Part shown: piece after piece, positions 44,053 to 52,365 of the stretch
Position numbering within the stretch: position 1 is the stretch's first letter
Layout of the letters: every line of letters begins with the position of its first letter
Source of the DNA: Candidatus Danuiimicrobium aquiferis
GTDB lineage: Bacteria; Omnitrophota; Omnitrophia; Omnitrophales; Danuiimicrobiaceae
DNA: 64,000 bases
NCBI GenBank assembly: GCA_001804285.1
Contig: MHFR01000037.1
Location: 19,552-83,551, forward strand
Reading direction: 5' to 3'
Notes under the pieces: generated by a model
Seen by the model: only the letters and a program-made list of their open reading frames with translations
Told to the model about the DNA's origin: nothing
Database searches by the model: none
Position numbers and translations under genes: made by a program

Positions 44053-45032
44053 TTCATTTTCACTCACCCTACGCATTCTTGCTTTTACTTCTGATCCCGC
44101 TTTTCTTTATGGCGGACTGGATAACCAAGCGTAGCACCTTGCGTTTTTCCTCGCTGTCAGAAATCAAACTCTGTCAAAATAAAAGCACCGCACTGATTAA
44201 ACCTTTTCTTTTCATCCTTCGCATGCTCGCCTATATCTTGCTTGTCACGGCACTTGCGCGCCCTCAAACAACCGAATCTGAACGGGAATACGAAACAAAA
44301 GGAATCGATATTGTGCTGGCTTTAGATATCTCCGGATCCATGTTAGCGGAAGACTTTAAGCCGAATAATCGTGTCACCGTGGCAAAAATGGAGGCTAAAA
44401 AATTCGTGCAGGGCCGTGAAAACGACCGGATCGGTCTTGTTGTTTTCTCGCGAAAAAGCTACACCCAATGCCCGCTGACACTGGATTATCACGTTCTTGC
44501 TGATTTAATTGAGAACGTCAATGTAGGCCTCATCAAGGACGGAACCGCGATCGGTCTTGGGCTCGCAAATTCCGTGAACCGGCTTCGTGAAAGTGACGTG
44601 AAAAGCAAAGTTATTATCTTATTAACGGACGGCGAAAATAACGCCGGAAATATCGACCCCATCACAGCTGCAGAACTTGCGAAAAGCTATGGAATCAAGG
44701 TGTACACGATCGGCATCGGCAAATCCGGATTGGTTCCGTTTCCGATTGAAGATCCCGTTTTCGGGAAACGTTATATCCAAACGCAGGTCAACGTTGATGA
44801 TAAAACACTCAAACGGATCGCCGACATTACCGGCGGACAATATTTTGCGGCAACCGACGCCAACGTACTTCATCAAATTTATCGGCAAATTGACAAATTG
44901 GAAAAATCAAAAGTCAAAATCAAGGAATACACAAGTTTTAGCGAACAATATAAAATTTTCCTGATTCCGGCAATTTTTATCTTGATTTGTGAAATCATAT
45001 TTAGAAATTTATTTTTTATTAAAATTCCGTAA
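44049..45032 (+). CDS. batA: VWA domain protein BatA
   Basis: LARPQ, MIDAS DISGSM, GTAIG, LLTDGENN, C-terminal TM. Confidence 0.9.
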   Translation: MIHFHSPYAFLLLLLIPLFFMADWITKRSTLRFSSLSEIKLCQNKSTALIKPFLFILRMLAYILLVTALARPQTTESEREYETKGIDIVLALDISGSMLAEDFKPNNRVTVAKMEAKKFVQGRENDRIGLVVFSRKSYTQCPLTLDYHVLADLIENVNVGLIKDGTAIGLGLANSVNRLRESDVKSKVIILLTDGENNAGNIDPITAAELAKSYGIKVYTIGIGKSGLVPFPIEDPVFGKRYIQTQVNVDDKTLKRIADITGGQYFAATDANVLHQIYRQIDKLEKSKVKIKEYTSFSEQYKIFLIPAIFILICEIIFRNLFFIKIP

Positions 45033-45068
45033 CCCGGATTTCTCATTCGTGCTGAGAAACCCGGGATA
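45030..45068 (+). repeat. Collapsed single-hairpin form of the ~195-nt element
   Basis: TAACCCGGATTTCTCA-TTCGTGC-TGAGAAACCCGGGATA; TAA is the batA stop codon. Confidence 0.75.
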
Positions 45069-45080
45069 AAGGCAAAAACC

Positions 45081-46097
45081 ATGCAACTCGTTTACCCTGA
45101 ATGGCTGAATGGACTTTGGCTGGTCGCCGGCTTATTCCTGTTTTATGGGTGGACTCAACGCCGGAAACGACAGATGCTTCAATATTTCGGGAATTGGCAA
45201 ACGCTCAAGTCGTTAACCGAATCTCATTCTCGCCAGAAAGAATGGGCAAAAAAAATTCTACTGATGGTCATTTTAACACTTTTGATTATCGCGGTAGCTC
45301 AGCCGCAATGGGGTGAGGTCAAGAAAGAAGTAAAACGGAAGGGAATTGAAATTGTATTCCTTTTAGATACGTCTCTCAGCATGCGTGCCGAAGACGTCTC
45401 TCCGAGCCGAATCGAAAGAGCGAAAATCATAATGAAATCGTTTTTACGGGAATTGAAAGGGGACCGCGTTGGAATTGTGACATTTGCGGGATCCGGGTTC
45501 ATCCAGTCACCATTAACACTCGATTACGATGCCTTTCTCCTATTTGCAAACTCGATCCAAGTCGGCTATATTCCGGATCCCGGAACGTCCTTGGGAGAAG
45601 CCATTAAAACCGCGATTAAAGCCTTCCCCGAGAACAAACAAAAGAACCACACCATGGTTTTACTCAGTGACGGGGAAAACCTCGAGGGAGCCGTCGATTT
45701 TGCCATCCAGGCGGCACAGAGCGCGAATATCCGCATTTATACAGTCGGCCTCGGAACCCCGGACGGCGCACCGATCCCTTTACGCTCGGAACAAGGAGAG
45801 CAAGTTACGGGTTATAAAAAAGATAAACAGGGACAGGTGGTCATCACAAAACTCAACGAACAGCTACTGAAAGATATCTCCGAAAAAACAAAAGGTGTTT
45901 ATTTTCTGGCCACGCCGGACGGTCGGGAAGTAGATTGGATCTATCAGCACATGCAAAACATCGAAAAGAAAGAATTAAAACAAAGAGTCGTCGTTGAGCG
46001 GGAAGAACATTTTCAAGCTTTTCTCGGATTGGCGGTTTTTTTGTTGATCATCGAAATGTTGCTAAGCGAAACACAAAAGGCCAAAGCACATGCATAA
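45081..46097 (+). CDS. batB: VWA domain protein BatB
   Basis: AQPQWG, DTSLSM, PSRIERAK, LSDGE, GT..GAPIP. Confidence 0.88.
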   Translation: MQLVYPEWLNGLWLVAGLFLFYGWTQRRKRQMLQYFGNWQTLKSLTESHSRQKEWAKKILLMVILTLLIIAVAQPQWGEVKKEVKRKGIEIVFLLDTSLSMRAEDVSPSRIERAKIIMKSFLRELKGDRVGIVTFAGSGFIQSPLTLDYDAFLLFANSIQVGYIPDPGTSLGEAIKTAIKAFPENKQKNHTMVLLSDGENLEGAVDFAIQAAQSANIRIYTVGLGTPDGAPIPLRSEQGEQVTGYKKDKQGQVVITKLNEQLLKDISEKTKGVYFLATPDGREVDWIYQHMQNIEKKELKQRVVVEREEHFQAFLGLAVFLLIIEMLLSETQKAKAHA

Positions 46098-47115
46098 GCG
46101 CAAGGGGGTCCTTATTTTTTCCCACGTTTTTTACTTCGTTACATTCTGCGCATTTTTCACAACCACATCCGGCCTTAACCGGGACGGAAATAAACTTTAC
46201 CAGGAAAAACGTTATGAATCGGCATTAAAAAATTACAGGGAAGCACAAGTTCGAAATCCAGACCAGGCCGAGACGCAATACAATCTTGGAACCGCTCTTT
46301 ACCAAACGGATCAATTTCAAGAAGCCGATGAGCACTTCAAAAAATCCATCGAACTGATGAAAGATAAAGACGACAAGGCAAAGGCCTGGTATAACTACGG
46401 AAATTCTCAATATCGCCTGGGCCAATTCGAAAAAGCGATTGACGCCTATAAACACGCGCTTGATTTAAATCCGGCCGATCAGGACGCCAAATACAATATA
46501 GAGTTGCTTCAAAAGAAAAAAAACATGTTTGACATCAAACAAAAAAACCGGGATGAAAAGAAAAACGAGCAAAACCAAAACCAACAAAAACAAAACCAGC
46601 AACAAAGTAAACAACAGCAAAGCCAGAATCAACAACAGAACCAGCAGCAACAGCAGCAGAACCAACAAAACCAGCAGAACGAGCAACAACAGCAGCAAAA
46701 CAAGCAGAACCAAGAACAAAATCAAAAACAGAATCAACAGGATCAACAAAACAAAGAACAACAAAAACAAGATCAGCAGAACCAACAACAAAAAGAGCAG
46801 AATGAACAACAGCAGCCCGATCAAGGCGAAGAAGAACAAAATCAGCAGCAAAAAGAACAGGCAGAAAAAGAGCAGCAACCAAAAGAACAACGAGAACAAG
46901 AAACACCGGCCGCGCCACAGCCCGATCAATCACAAAATCAACAAGGCGGCAAACCTGAGGAGCAACAACAAAAACAGTTATATCAGGGGCAAATGTCCCG
47001 CGAAGATGCGGAAAGAATTCTAAATGCCCTCAAAGATACCGAGCAGGAGTTGCAAAGCATCGTACGCCGCCCCCAGGAAAAATTCCCGGACCACAACCCA
47101 GAAAAAGATTGGTAG
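46090..47115 (+). CDS. batC: TPR protein BatC with Gln/Asn-rich linker
   Basis: YNLG/YNYGN TPRs, NP.D.DAKYN, M..E.AE.IL.AL...E and terminal KDW. Confidence 0.85.
   Translation: MHKRKGVLIFSHVFYFVTFCAFFTTTSGLNRDGNKLYQEKRYESALKNYREAQVRNPDQAETQYNLGTALYQTDQFQEADEHFKKSIELMKDKDDKAKAWYNYGNSQYRLGQFEKAIDAYKHALDLNPADQDAKYNIELLQKKKNMFDIKQKNRDEKKNEQNQNQQKQNQQQSKQQQSQNQQQNQQQQQQNQQNQQNEQQQQQNKQNQEQNQKQNQQDQQNKEQQKQDQQNQQQKEQNEQQQPDQGEEEQNQQQKEQAEKEQQPKEQREQETPAAPQPDQSQNQQGGKPEEQQQKQLYQGQMSREDAERILNALKDTEQELQSIVRRPQEKFPDHNPEKDW
46565..46980 (+). repeat. Low-complexity CAA/CAG/AAC coding repeat
   Basis: Imperfect repeats such as CAGAACCAACAAAA encoding QNQQ/QQQ tracts. Confidence 0.9.
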
Positions 47116-47134
47116 CAATCATTTAAAATAACTT

Positions 47135-47327
47135 TAACCCGACTTTCTCATTGATTTTGTGAATCGACGAGAAAGTCGCTTTGGGCGCAATCAGTTAAGC
47201 CCAAAGTTTTGCGCCCTTGTTAATTTGGGGCGCAAAAGATAAGCCCTGCGTCGCAAAGATGAATACCCTCTTTGCACCGCAGCTCTTACGAGCGGAATTT
47301 CTCATTAACAATGAGAAATCCGGGCTA
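47135..47327 (+). repeat. ~195-nt six-hairpin repeat element, full copy
   Basis: TAACCCGACTTTCTC...GAGAAATCCGGGCTA; closely matches reverse complement of 50620-50812. Confidence 0.93.
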
Positions 47328-47345
47328 AATATTCAGGAGCATCCC

Positions 47346-47792
47346 ATGACACTGACAGAACAGCTTGCAGAAGATCTTAAAACCGCTATGAAACAAAAGG
47401 AAGAAGTCCGGCTATCAACCATCCGGATGCTTAAAGCCGCCATGCAGATGAAAGCCATCGAAAAGAAGGTGAAAGCGCTTGCCGACGAAGAAGTCCTCGA
47501 TGTTATTCAAAAACAAGTCAAACAGCGGAAAGACTCAATCGCCGAATATGATAAGGGAAACCGGCGGGATTTAGCAGAAAAAGAACAAAAAGAAATCGAT
47601 GTTCTCATCACTTATTTGCCAAAACAGCTCTCCAAAGATGAATTAAAACAAATCGTACAAGGAGCGATCACCGTCACAGGAGCGACCACTAAAGCCGATA
47701 TCGGCAAATTAATGAAAGAAATCATGCCTAAAGTCAAAGGAAAAGCCGACGGGAAAGAGGTCAATCAGCTAATCAGCGAGCTCTTGCCGTAG
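47346..47792 (+). CDS. GatB/YqeY domain protein
   Basis: DLK.AMK, KQRKDSI..Y..GNR.DLA.KE, YLPKQL, GKADGK; ATG 47346 after AGGAG. Confidence 0.93.
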   Translation: MTLTEQLAEDLKTAMKQKEEVRLSTIRMLKAAMQMKAIEKKVKALADEEVLDVIQKQVKQRKDSIAEYDKGNRRDLAEKEQKEIDVLITYLPKQLSKDELKQIVQGAITVTGATTKADIGKLMKEIMPKVKGKADGKEVNQLISELLP

Positions 47793-47815
47793 AAAGCTTG
47801 CAAACAGATTATAAT

Positions 47816-47843
47816 TGTTTACATAACATATATTATAGGACGT
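47816..47843 (-). other. XerCD dif-like recombination site
   Basis: Minus strand ACGTCCTATAA-TATATG-TTATGTAAACA; 11-6-11 layout; 24/28 match to Bacillus subtilis dif as recalled (ACTTCCTAGAATATATATTATGTAAACT). Confidence 0.8.
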
Positions 47844-47861
47844 TATTGACAGCATTAAAAA

Positions 47862-48350
47862 CTACTTCTTTCTTCTAAATACGTCGATCTTCAACGAAGA
47901 TACCCGATCAAGAAATAAGATTCCGTTTAAGTGATCAACTTCGTGTTGAATACACACAGCTTCAAGCCCATCGGTTTCTATTCGGTTGACTTTCATGTCA
48001 AGGTCAAACCATTCTACTTTAATGGTATTCGCTCGCCTGACATTGGCCGTAAAATCCGGAATACTCATACATCCCTCCCGAAAGATTCGAAAATCCGATT
48101 CGGCGGTAATTACAGGGTTAATCATCACAAGCTGGGCTTTCCCTTGGATTTTCCGTGAGACATCGATAATGATCACGCACTTAAGAACGCCTACTTGCGG
48201 CGCAGCAATACCGATACCGCCTGGCTGCTGATGCATGATTTCGTCTAAATCTTTAATAAACGTTCTAAACTCGGCATCAATACGTTGAACCGGCTCAGAT
48301 ATTTTTTTAAGAATCGGGTCCGGATATGTGTAAATATGATATGGCTTCAT
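47862..48350 (-). CDS. def: Peptide deformylase, second copy
   Basis: GIGIAAPQ, EGCMS, QHEVDHLNG. Confidence 0.95.
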   Translation of the reverse strand: MKPYHIYTYPDPILKKISEPVQRIDAEFRTFIKDLDEIMHQQPGGIGIAAPQVGVLKCVIIIDVSRKIQGKAQLVMINPVITAESDFRIFREGCMSIPDFTANVRRANTIKVEWFDLDMKVNRIETDGLEAVCIQHEVDHLNGILFLDRVSSLKIDVFRRKK

Positions 48351-48896
48351 TTAAAGGCGCGCTGTTTCAAGTGGTTTAAACGACACATCCACTTTCAATT
48401 TCTTCTTTATTTGATCGATTTTTTTCTCAACTGTTCGAATCCTTGCATTTTGAGGGGCATCAACCTCCAAAATAAGCGCATAAATTGAATTTTTTCCGGA
48501 TCCCGCAATGTTGGAATTCAAATCGGTAATATTCAACCCCTCATCCGCTAAAACCTTGGAAACTTGATAAACAATACCCGCGTGATCCCTTCCATAGACC
48601 GAAAGAATGTACGGAACCGAACCTTTTAGATGCTTTTCACCGCGTGTCAATCGCCGCTTTATCGGTCTTATTTGAATGCTCAAAGCCAATGTTTTTTTGA
48701 TTCGCTCAATTGAAGCAACAAACTTTCGGTAACCGGAAGCACTGCCGATTTCCGCCAAAAGAATCATGGCAAACTCCCCTTCCAAAATCGTCATATTGGC
48801 ATCTTCCAGATTGCCACCGCATTTAAAAATTGCGCCCGTAAACGCTGCGATAATTCCCGGCTGATCCTTCCCTGTAATCGTCATCAATAATTTCAT
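48351..48896 (-). CDS. Double ACT-domain protein (GcvR-like)
   Basis: GKDQPGII and GRDHAGIV ACT starts, NLED and NITDL; ATG 48896 after GAGGGG. Confidence 0.85.
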   Translation of the reverse strand: MKLLMTITGKDQPGIIAAFTGAIFKCGGNLEDANMTILEGEFAMILLAEIGSASGYRKFVASIERIKKTLALSIQIRPIKRRLTRGEKHLKGSVPYILSVYGRDHAGIVYQVSKVLADEGLNITDLNSNIAGSGKNSIYALILEVDAPQNARIRTVEKKIDQIKKKLKVDVSFKPLETARL

Positions 48897-48904
48897 GGAA
48901 CCCC

Positions 48905-50227
48905 TCACTGGTTAATCAGTTTTTCCTTTACGTACAAAATGGCATCCTCTTTCGATTTGAATTTCAATTCGAGCTGAAGTTCATAAATCGCATTTAAGAT
49001 TTCTTTCATTATCGGGCCTTCCGAAACCCCTAACGCCATCAGATCATGGCCGTTGATAATACATTTCGGCTTTAAATCTTCTTTCTTGAATTCTTCTCGT
49101 TTCTGAATCAAAAAATAATAATTATCAAGCGAACCGTGGCTCGCCAGGCAATCTGCCCGATGAAGTTCCAGTTCCATTTCAAAGGTTTCTTTGCCGATCA
49201 ACTGTTTCAGTTTCCCGATCCTCATTTCTTTCACATCCCCATAACGCATGTGATTCCCGATCGCCCATGTAATCCGATCAATTTCCTGATTCGAAAAGCG
49301 GAGCCGGGTTAACGCTTCCCGCGCAATGTCAGCCCCCACCGCGGCATGATTATAAAAATGGATATCGCCCGTTTCCGTTCGCCCGAAAGTACCGGGCTTA
49401 CCGACATCATGAAAAATCGCAGAAAAAGCCAACTCAACCGAAACCGGCTGCTTCAATTGATCCAACATGAGTTTGGTATGGACAAAAACATCGCCTTCCG
49501 GATGATACGCTTCCGGTTGTTTGACACCCTTTAGCGCTTCGATTTCTGGTAAAACCTCTGCAAGCAAACCGCTTTCTGACAGCAAAACAAGCCCCTTCCC
49601 CGCTCCCGGCCGAGTAAACATTTTAACGAGTTCATCGCGGATCCGTTCCTGGCTGACCCTGTGAATGCTTGTCCGGTTACGAATCATCGCAGCCCATGTT
49701 GCTGCCTCAATTTCAAAATTCAAATTTGCCGCAAACCGGATCGCGCGTAAAATCCGGAGATGATCTTCCTCAAAGCGCTCCTGCGGATTTCCGATCGTAC
49801 GGATAACTTTCTTTTCAATATCCATTTGCCCGGAAACGAAATCGATCATTCGGCGATTCATCGGATCGTAAAACAATCCATTGATCGCGAAATCCCGCCT
49901 TTTCGCATCTTCTTCGGGCGAAGAAAAAGACACTGACTCGGGATGGCGGCCATCCACATACTTCGCATCAGAGCGGAACGTGGTCACTTCAAATTGATAC
50001 CCCTCCAGGACAACAATTTCGACACCGAATTTTTTCCCGACAGAAATACATTTCGGGAACATCGCTTCAATGTCATCCGGAAGCGCACTGGTCGCAATAT
50101 CATAATCTTTGGGCGTATTTCCCATAATCAAATCCCGGACATATCCGCCGGCAAAAAACGCCACAAATCCGGCGGCTTTCAGCTTTTCAATAATTTGAAT
50201 TGCGATTTTTTCTGCCTGTTCAGCCAT
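48905..50227 (-). CDS. cca: CCA tRNA nucleotidyltransferase with HD domain
   Basis: GGYVRD, DYD, EVTTFR, RRDF.IN, ED.LR.LR, ERIRDE, HPEGDV..H, HDVGK. Confidence 0.92.
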   Translation of the reverse strand: MAEQAEKIAIQIIEKLKAAGFVAFFAGGYVRDLIMGNTPKDYDIATSALPDDIEAMFPKCISVGKKFGVEIVVLEGYQFEVTTFRSDAKYVDGRHPESVSFSSPEEDAKRRDFAINGLFYDPMNRRMIDFVSGQMDIEKKVIRTIGNPQERFEEDHLRILRAIRFAANLNFEIEAATWAAMIRNRTSIHRVSQERIRDELVKMFTRPGAGKGLVLLSESGLLAEVLPEIEALKGVKQPEAYHPEGDVFVHTKLMLDQLKQPVSVELAFSAIFHDVGKPGTFGRTETGDIHFYNHAAVGADIAREALTRLRFSNQEIDRITWAIGNHMRYGDVKEMRIGKLKQLIGKETFEMELELHRADCLASHGSLDNYYFLIQKREEFKKEDLKPKCIINGHDLMALGVSEGPIMKEILNAIYELQLELKFKSKEDAILYVKEKLINQ

Positions 50228-50239
50228 AAAAGATTCCCA

Positions 50240-50292
50240 ATACCCCTCACCCTATCCCTCTCCCCGTGGGAGAGGGATAGGGTGAGGGGTAT
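50240..50292. repeat. Perfect 25-bp-stem palindrome of CCCTCACCC/CCCTCTCCC (BoxC-like) family
   Basis: ATACCCCTCACCCTATCCCTCTCCC-CGT-GGGAGAGGGATAGGGTGAGGGGTAT. Confidence 0.92.
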
Positions 50293-50330
50293 CTGTTAAT
50301 CACTTCAAAACGCTAAATAATTACTTCCAA

Positions 50331-50603
50331 TTAACGGACTGAAAACGTTACAAAATTCTGCTGTGGCTCTTCAACCGTAATCGCCACATCATCCACTTGC
50401 GCACCCGGCGGTCCGGAATGACACCATTTGACTAATCGCGCAATATAGGCTTCTTCGCCTTGCGCCACAATCTCAACCTTTCCATCGGGTAAATTTCGCG
50501 CAAAACCAACTAATTTCAGGCTTCTTGCGTTCTCTGCGGCCGAAGCGCGATAAAACACCCCTTGAACTCTTCCGGAAATCAACAAATTGACCTGTTTAAT
50601 CAT
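50331..50603 (-). CDS. acyP: Acylphosphatase
   Basis: GRVQGVFYR, G.ARNLPDG.VE, GPP.A.V. Confidence 0.95.
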   Translation of the reverse strand: MIKQVNLLISGRVQGVFYRASAAENARSLKLVGFARNLPDGKVEIVAQGEEAYIARLVKWCHSGPPGAQVDDVAITVEEPQQNFVTFSVR

Positions 50604-50619
50604 GATCCCCTATCGCCCT

Positions 50620-50812
50620 CAGCCCGGATTTCTCATTCTGAATAAGAAATTCCGCTCGTAAGAGCTGCGGCGCAAAGATGGTCCGTATGTTTGCGACGCA
50701 GGGCTTATCTTTTGCGCCCTGATTTAACAAGGGCGCAAAACTTTGGGCGTAACTTATTGCGCCCAAAGCGACTTTCTCGTCGATTCACAAAATCGATGAG
50801 AAAGTCGGGTTA
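50620..50812 (-). repeat. ~195-nt six-hairpin repeat element, full copy on minus strand
   Basis: Reverse complement TAACCCGACTTTCTC...GAGAAATCCGGGCTG; overlaps last codons of the MFS gene. Confidence 0.93.
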
Positions 50813-51996
50813 GGACTCATATTCTTGCTTAGTTTACGGATAAACCAAAAGCCGGTCAAACTCAAAAATGCGGTGGCAAGAATAAGCCAATTCAAGCCAA
50901 TGCCTTCATAGAGCATTCCGCCTGCCGAACGGAAAATAGCCTGGCTTAGATTATAGATACTTGAAATCATGGCAAATAATGACCCTTCGACACCGGTTCC
51001 GTGTGATAACTTTGCCGCCAAGGACATGAATGGCAGCAAACTGATATAACCCAAAATACCGCCAATCACAGATAAAACACCTGCCGACACTCTGCCCCGG
51101 ATAGCAAAAACGAGAAGCACGTCAACAAAGGTAATCATAACTGCCCAATATAGCGCCGTTTGGTCTTTCATGGTTTTAAAAAACCGCGCATAAAACAAAC
51201 AGCCGATAATCGCCCCAAGCCACGTTAAACTTTGAAGGAGCCCGAGAAAAAACTCATTAAACCTGAGCTGGTCCTTCATGTAAAAAAAGAATGGCGTTCC
51301 AATCGCTACCGGCAGCGCTGAAACGGCAAAAAGCAGCATGAACCATAGAATCTTGCGTTGAAATAAATATTTGAAACTTGTAAAAACCGCCTCTGCAATT
51401 TTTTCTTTTCGCGATCGTGCATCGGAAGGCTGTTCGTGAATAAAAAATGAAACCACAAATGAAATCATGGGCAAAAACCCGGTTAATAGGAAAACGGTCC
51501 GGTATCCAACCTTCACCGTCAAATACCCACCCGTCACACCCGCGAGTAAAGCGCCTATGCTTCGGGCACCCCACGATATGCTTTGATACGTCTGGGCGGT
51601 ACTTTTATCCGAATATTCCACAACTAAACCATCCGTGATCACATCTGTGGCGGCGAGCCCTAAATTGGCAAGTGTCAACGCAAAAATCACCGTCACGTCT
51701 TGAGCTTGTCCAACCGCCAGCAAAAACCATCCGGCAGCCGAAAAAAGTGAACAAATAATTAAATACGGTTTTCTCCTCAGTCCGAAAATCGGAATCCCGT
51801 CACTGATGATTCCATAGAGGATTTTAACAAACCACGGCCATGTCGTCAGCGATGTGATCCATGCAATTTTTGAAATACTGTAACCGTTTTCACGCATGAA
51901 TAGCGGCAGTGCAATAGCGGAAAGACCGAGGGCTCCCTGGATAAAATACACGACAAAGGCAAGGCTTCCAACATTCTTATTGATACGTTCTTTCAT
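50785..51996 (-). CDS. MFS transporter, folate/biopterin (BT1)-like
   Basis: About 12 TM; PW..K.LYG..SD..PI.G.RR.PY and DV..DG..VE motifs. Confidence 0.85.
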   Translation of the reverse strand: MKERINKNVGSLAFVVYFIQGALGLSAIALPLFMRENGYSISKIAWITSLTTWPWFVKILYGIISDGIPIFGLRRKPYLIICSLFSAAGWFLLAVGQAQDVTVIFALTLANLGLAATDVITDGLVVEYSDKSTAQTYQSISWGARSIGALLAGVTGGYLTVKVGYRTVFLLTGFLPMISFVVSFFIHEQPSDARSRKEKIAEAVFTSFKYLFQRKILWFMLLFAVSALPVAIGTPFFFYMKDQLRFNEFFLGLLQSLTWLGAIIGCLFYARFFKTMKDQTALYWAVMITFVDVLLVFAIRGRVSAGVLSVIGGILGYISLLPFMSLAAKLSHGTGVEGSLFAMISSIYNLSQAIFRSAGGMLYEGIGLNWLILATAFLSLTGFWFIRKLSKNMSPNPTFSSIL

Positions 51997-52019
51997 GTCG
52001 TGTCAAGTTAGGTAAGTTT

Positions 52020-52337
52020 TTAAGACGAGAAAAAGTCCCTGGCTGTTTGCTGACCTGTGAGTTTTTTAAAATCATCATAATCAATCCATGTGAGATCCTG
52101 CCTCGCGGCATGAAGATGCTTCACAATCCGGAACCTTTCTCCGGGATTACTTGCGAATCGCCTGCTCGTTACATACTTAAACGGCGTTTTGCACTTGGGA
52201 CATTCTTTTGCGGTTTTATAACTGATGCCAAGTTCTCTGCAATTTCCGCAATCGCCCATGAGATCGCCGGCAATGAGCAAATGTTTTTGAATGTCGTTAA
52301 GGTCCTTCTCCGCCCAAATTCGAATCCAGCATTGCAT
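52020..52337 (-). CDS. Hypothetical Zn-ribbon protein
   Basis: CGNC...CPKC; AAGGAG SD. Confidence 0.75.
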   Translation of the reverse strand: MQCWIRIWAEKDLNDIQKHLLIAGDLMGDCGNCRELGISYKTAKECPKCKTPFKYVTSRRFASNPGERFRIVKHLHAARQDLTWIDYDDFKKLTGQQTARDFFSS

Positions 52338-52365
52338 AACGACTCCTTAGATTAAGCACCTCTTT

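Noticed and set aside
46565-46980. Possible CRISPR or tandem array
   Set aside because: No constant repeat with unique spacers; it is an in-frame Q/N-rich coding linker typical of BatC
46465-47023. Leu/Phe-rich minus-strand ORFs and an alternative plus frame over batC
   Set aside because: Shadows of the CAA/CAG low-complexity tract, which lacks stops in other frames
47217-47345. N-terminal extension of the YqeY ORF
   Set aside because: Comes from reading through the repeat element; the SD-supported ATG is at 47346
37768-50812. ~195-nt element as tRNA, CRISPR or simple terminators
   Set aside because: No T-loop/anticodon layout, copies are dispersed with no spacers or cas genes, and the final hairpin has no U-tract
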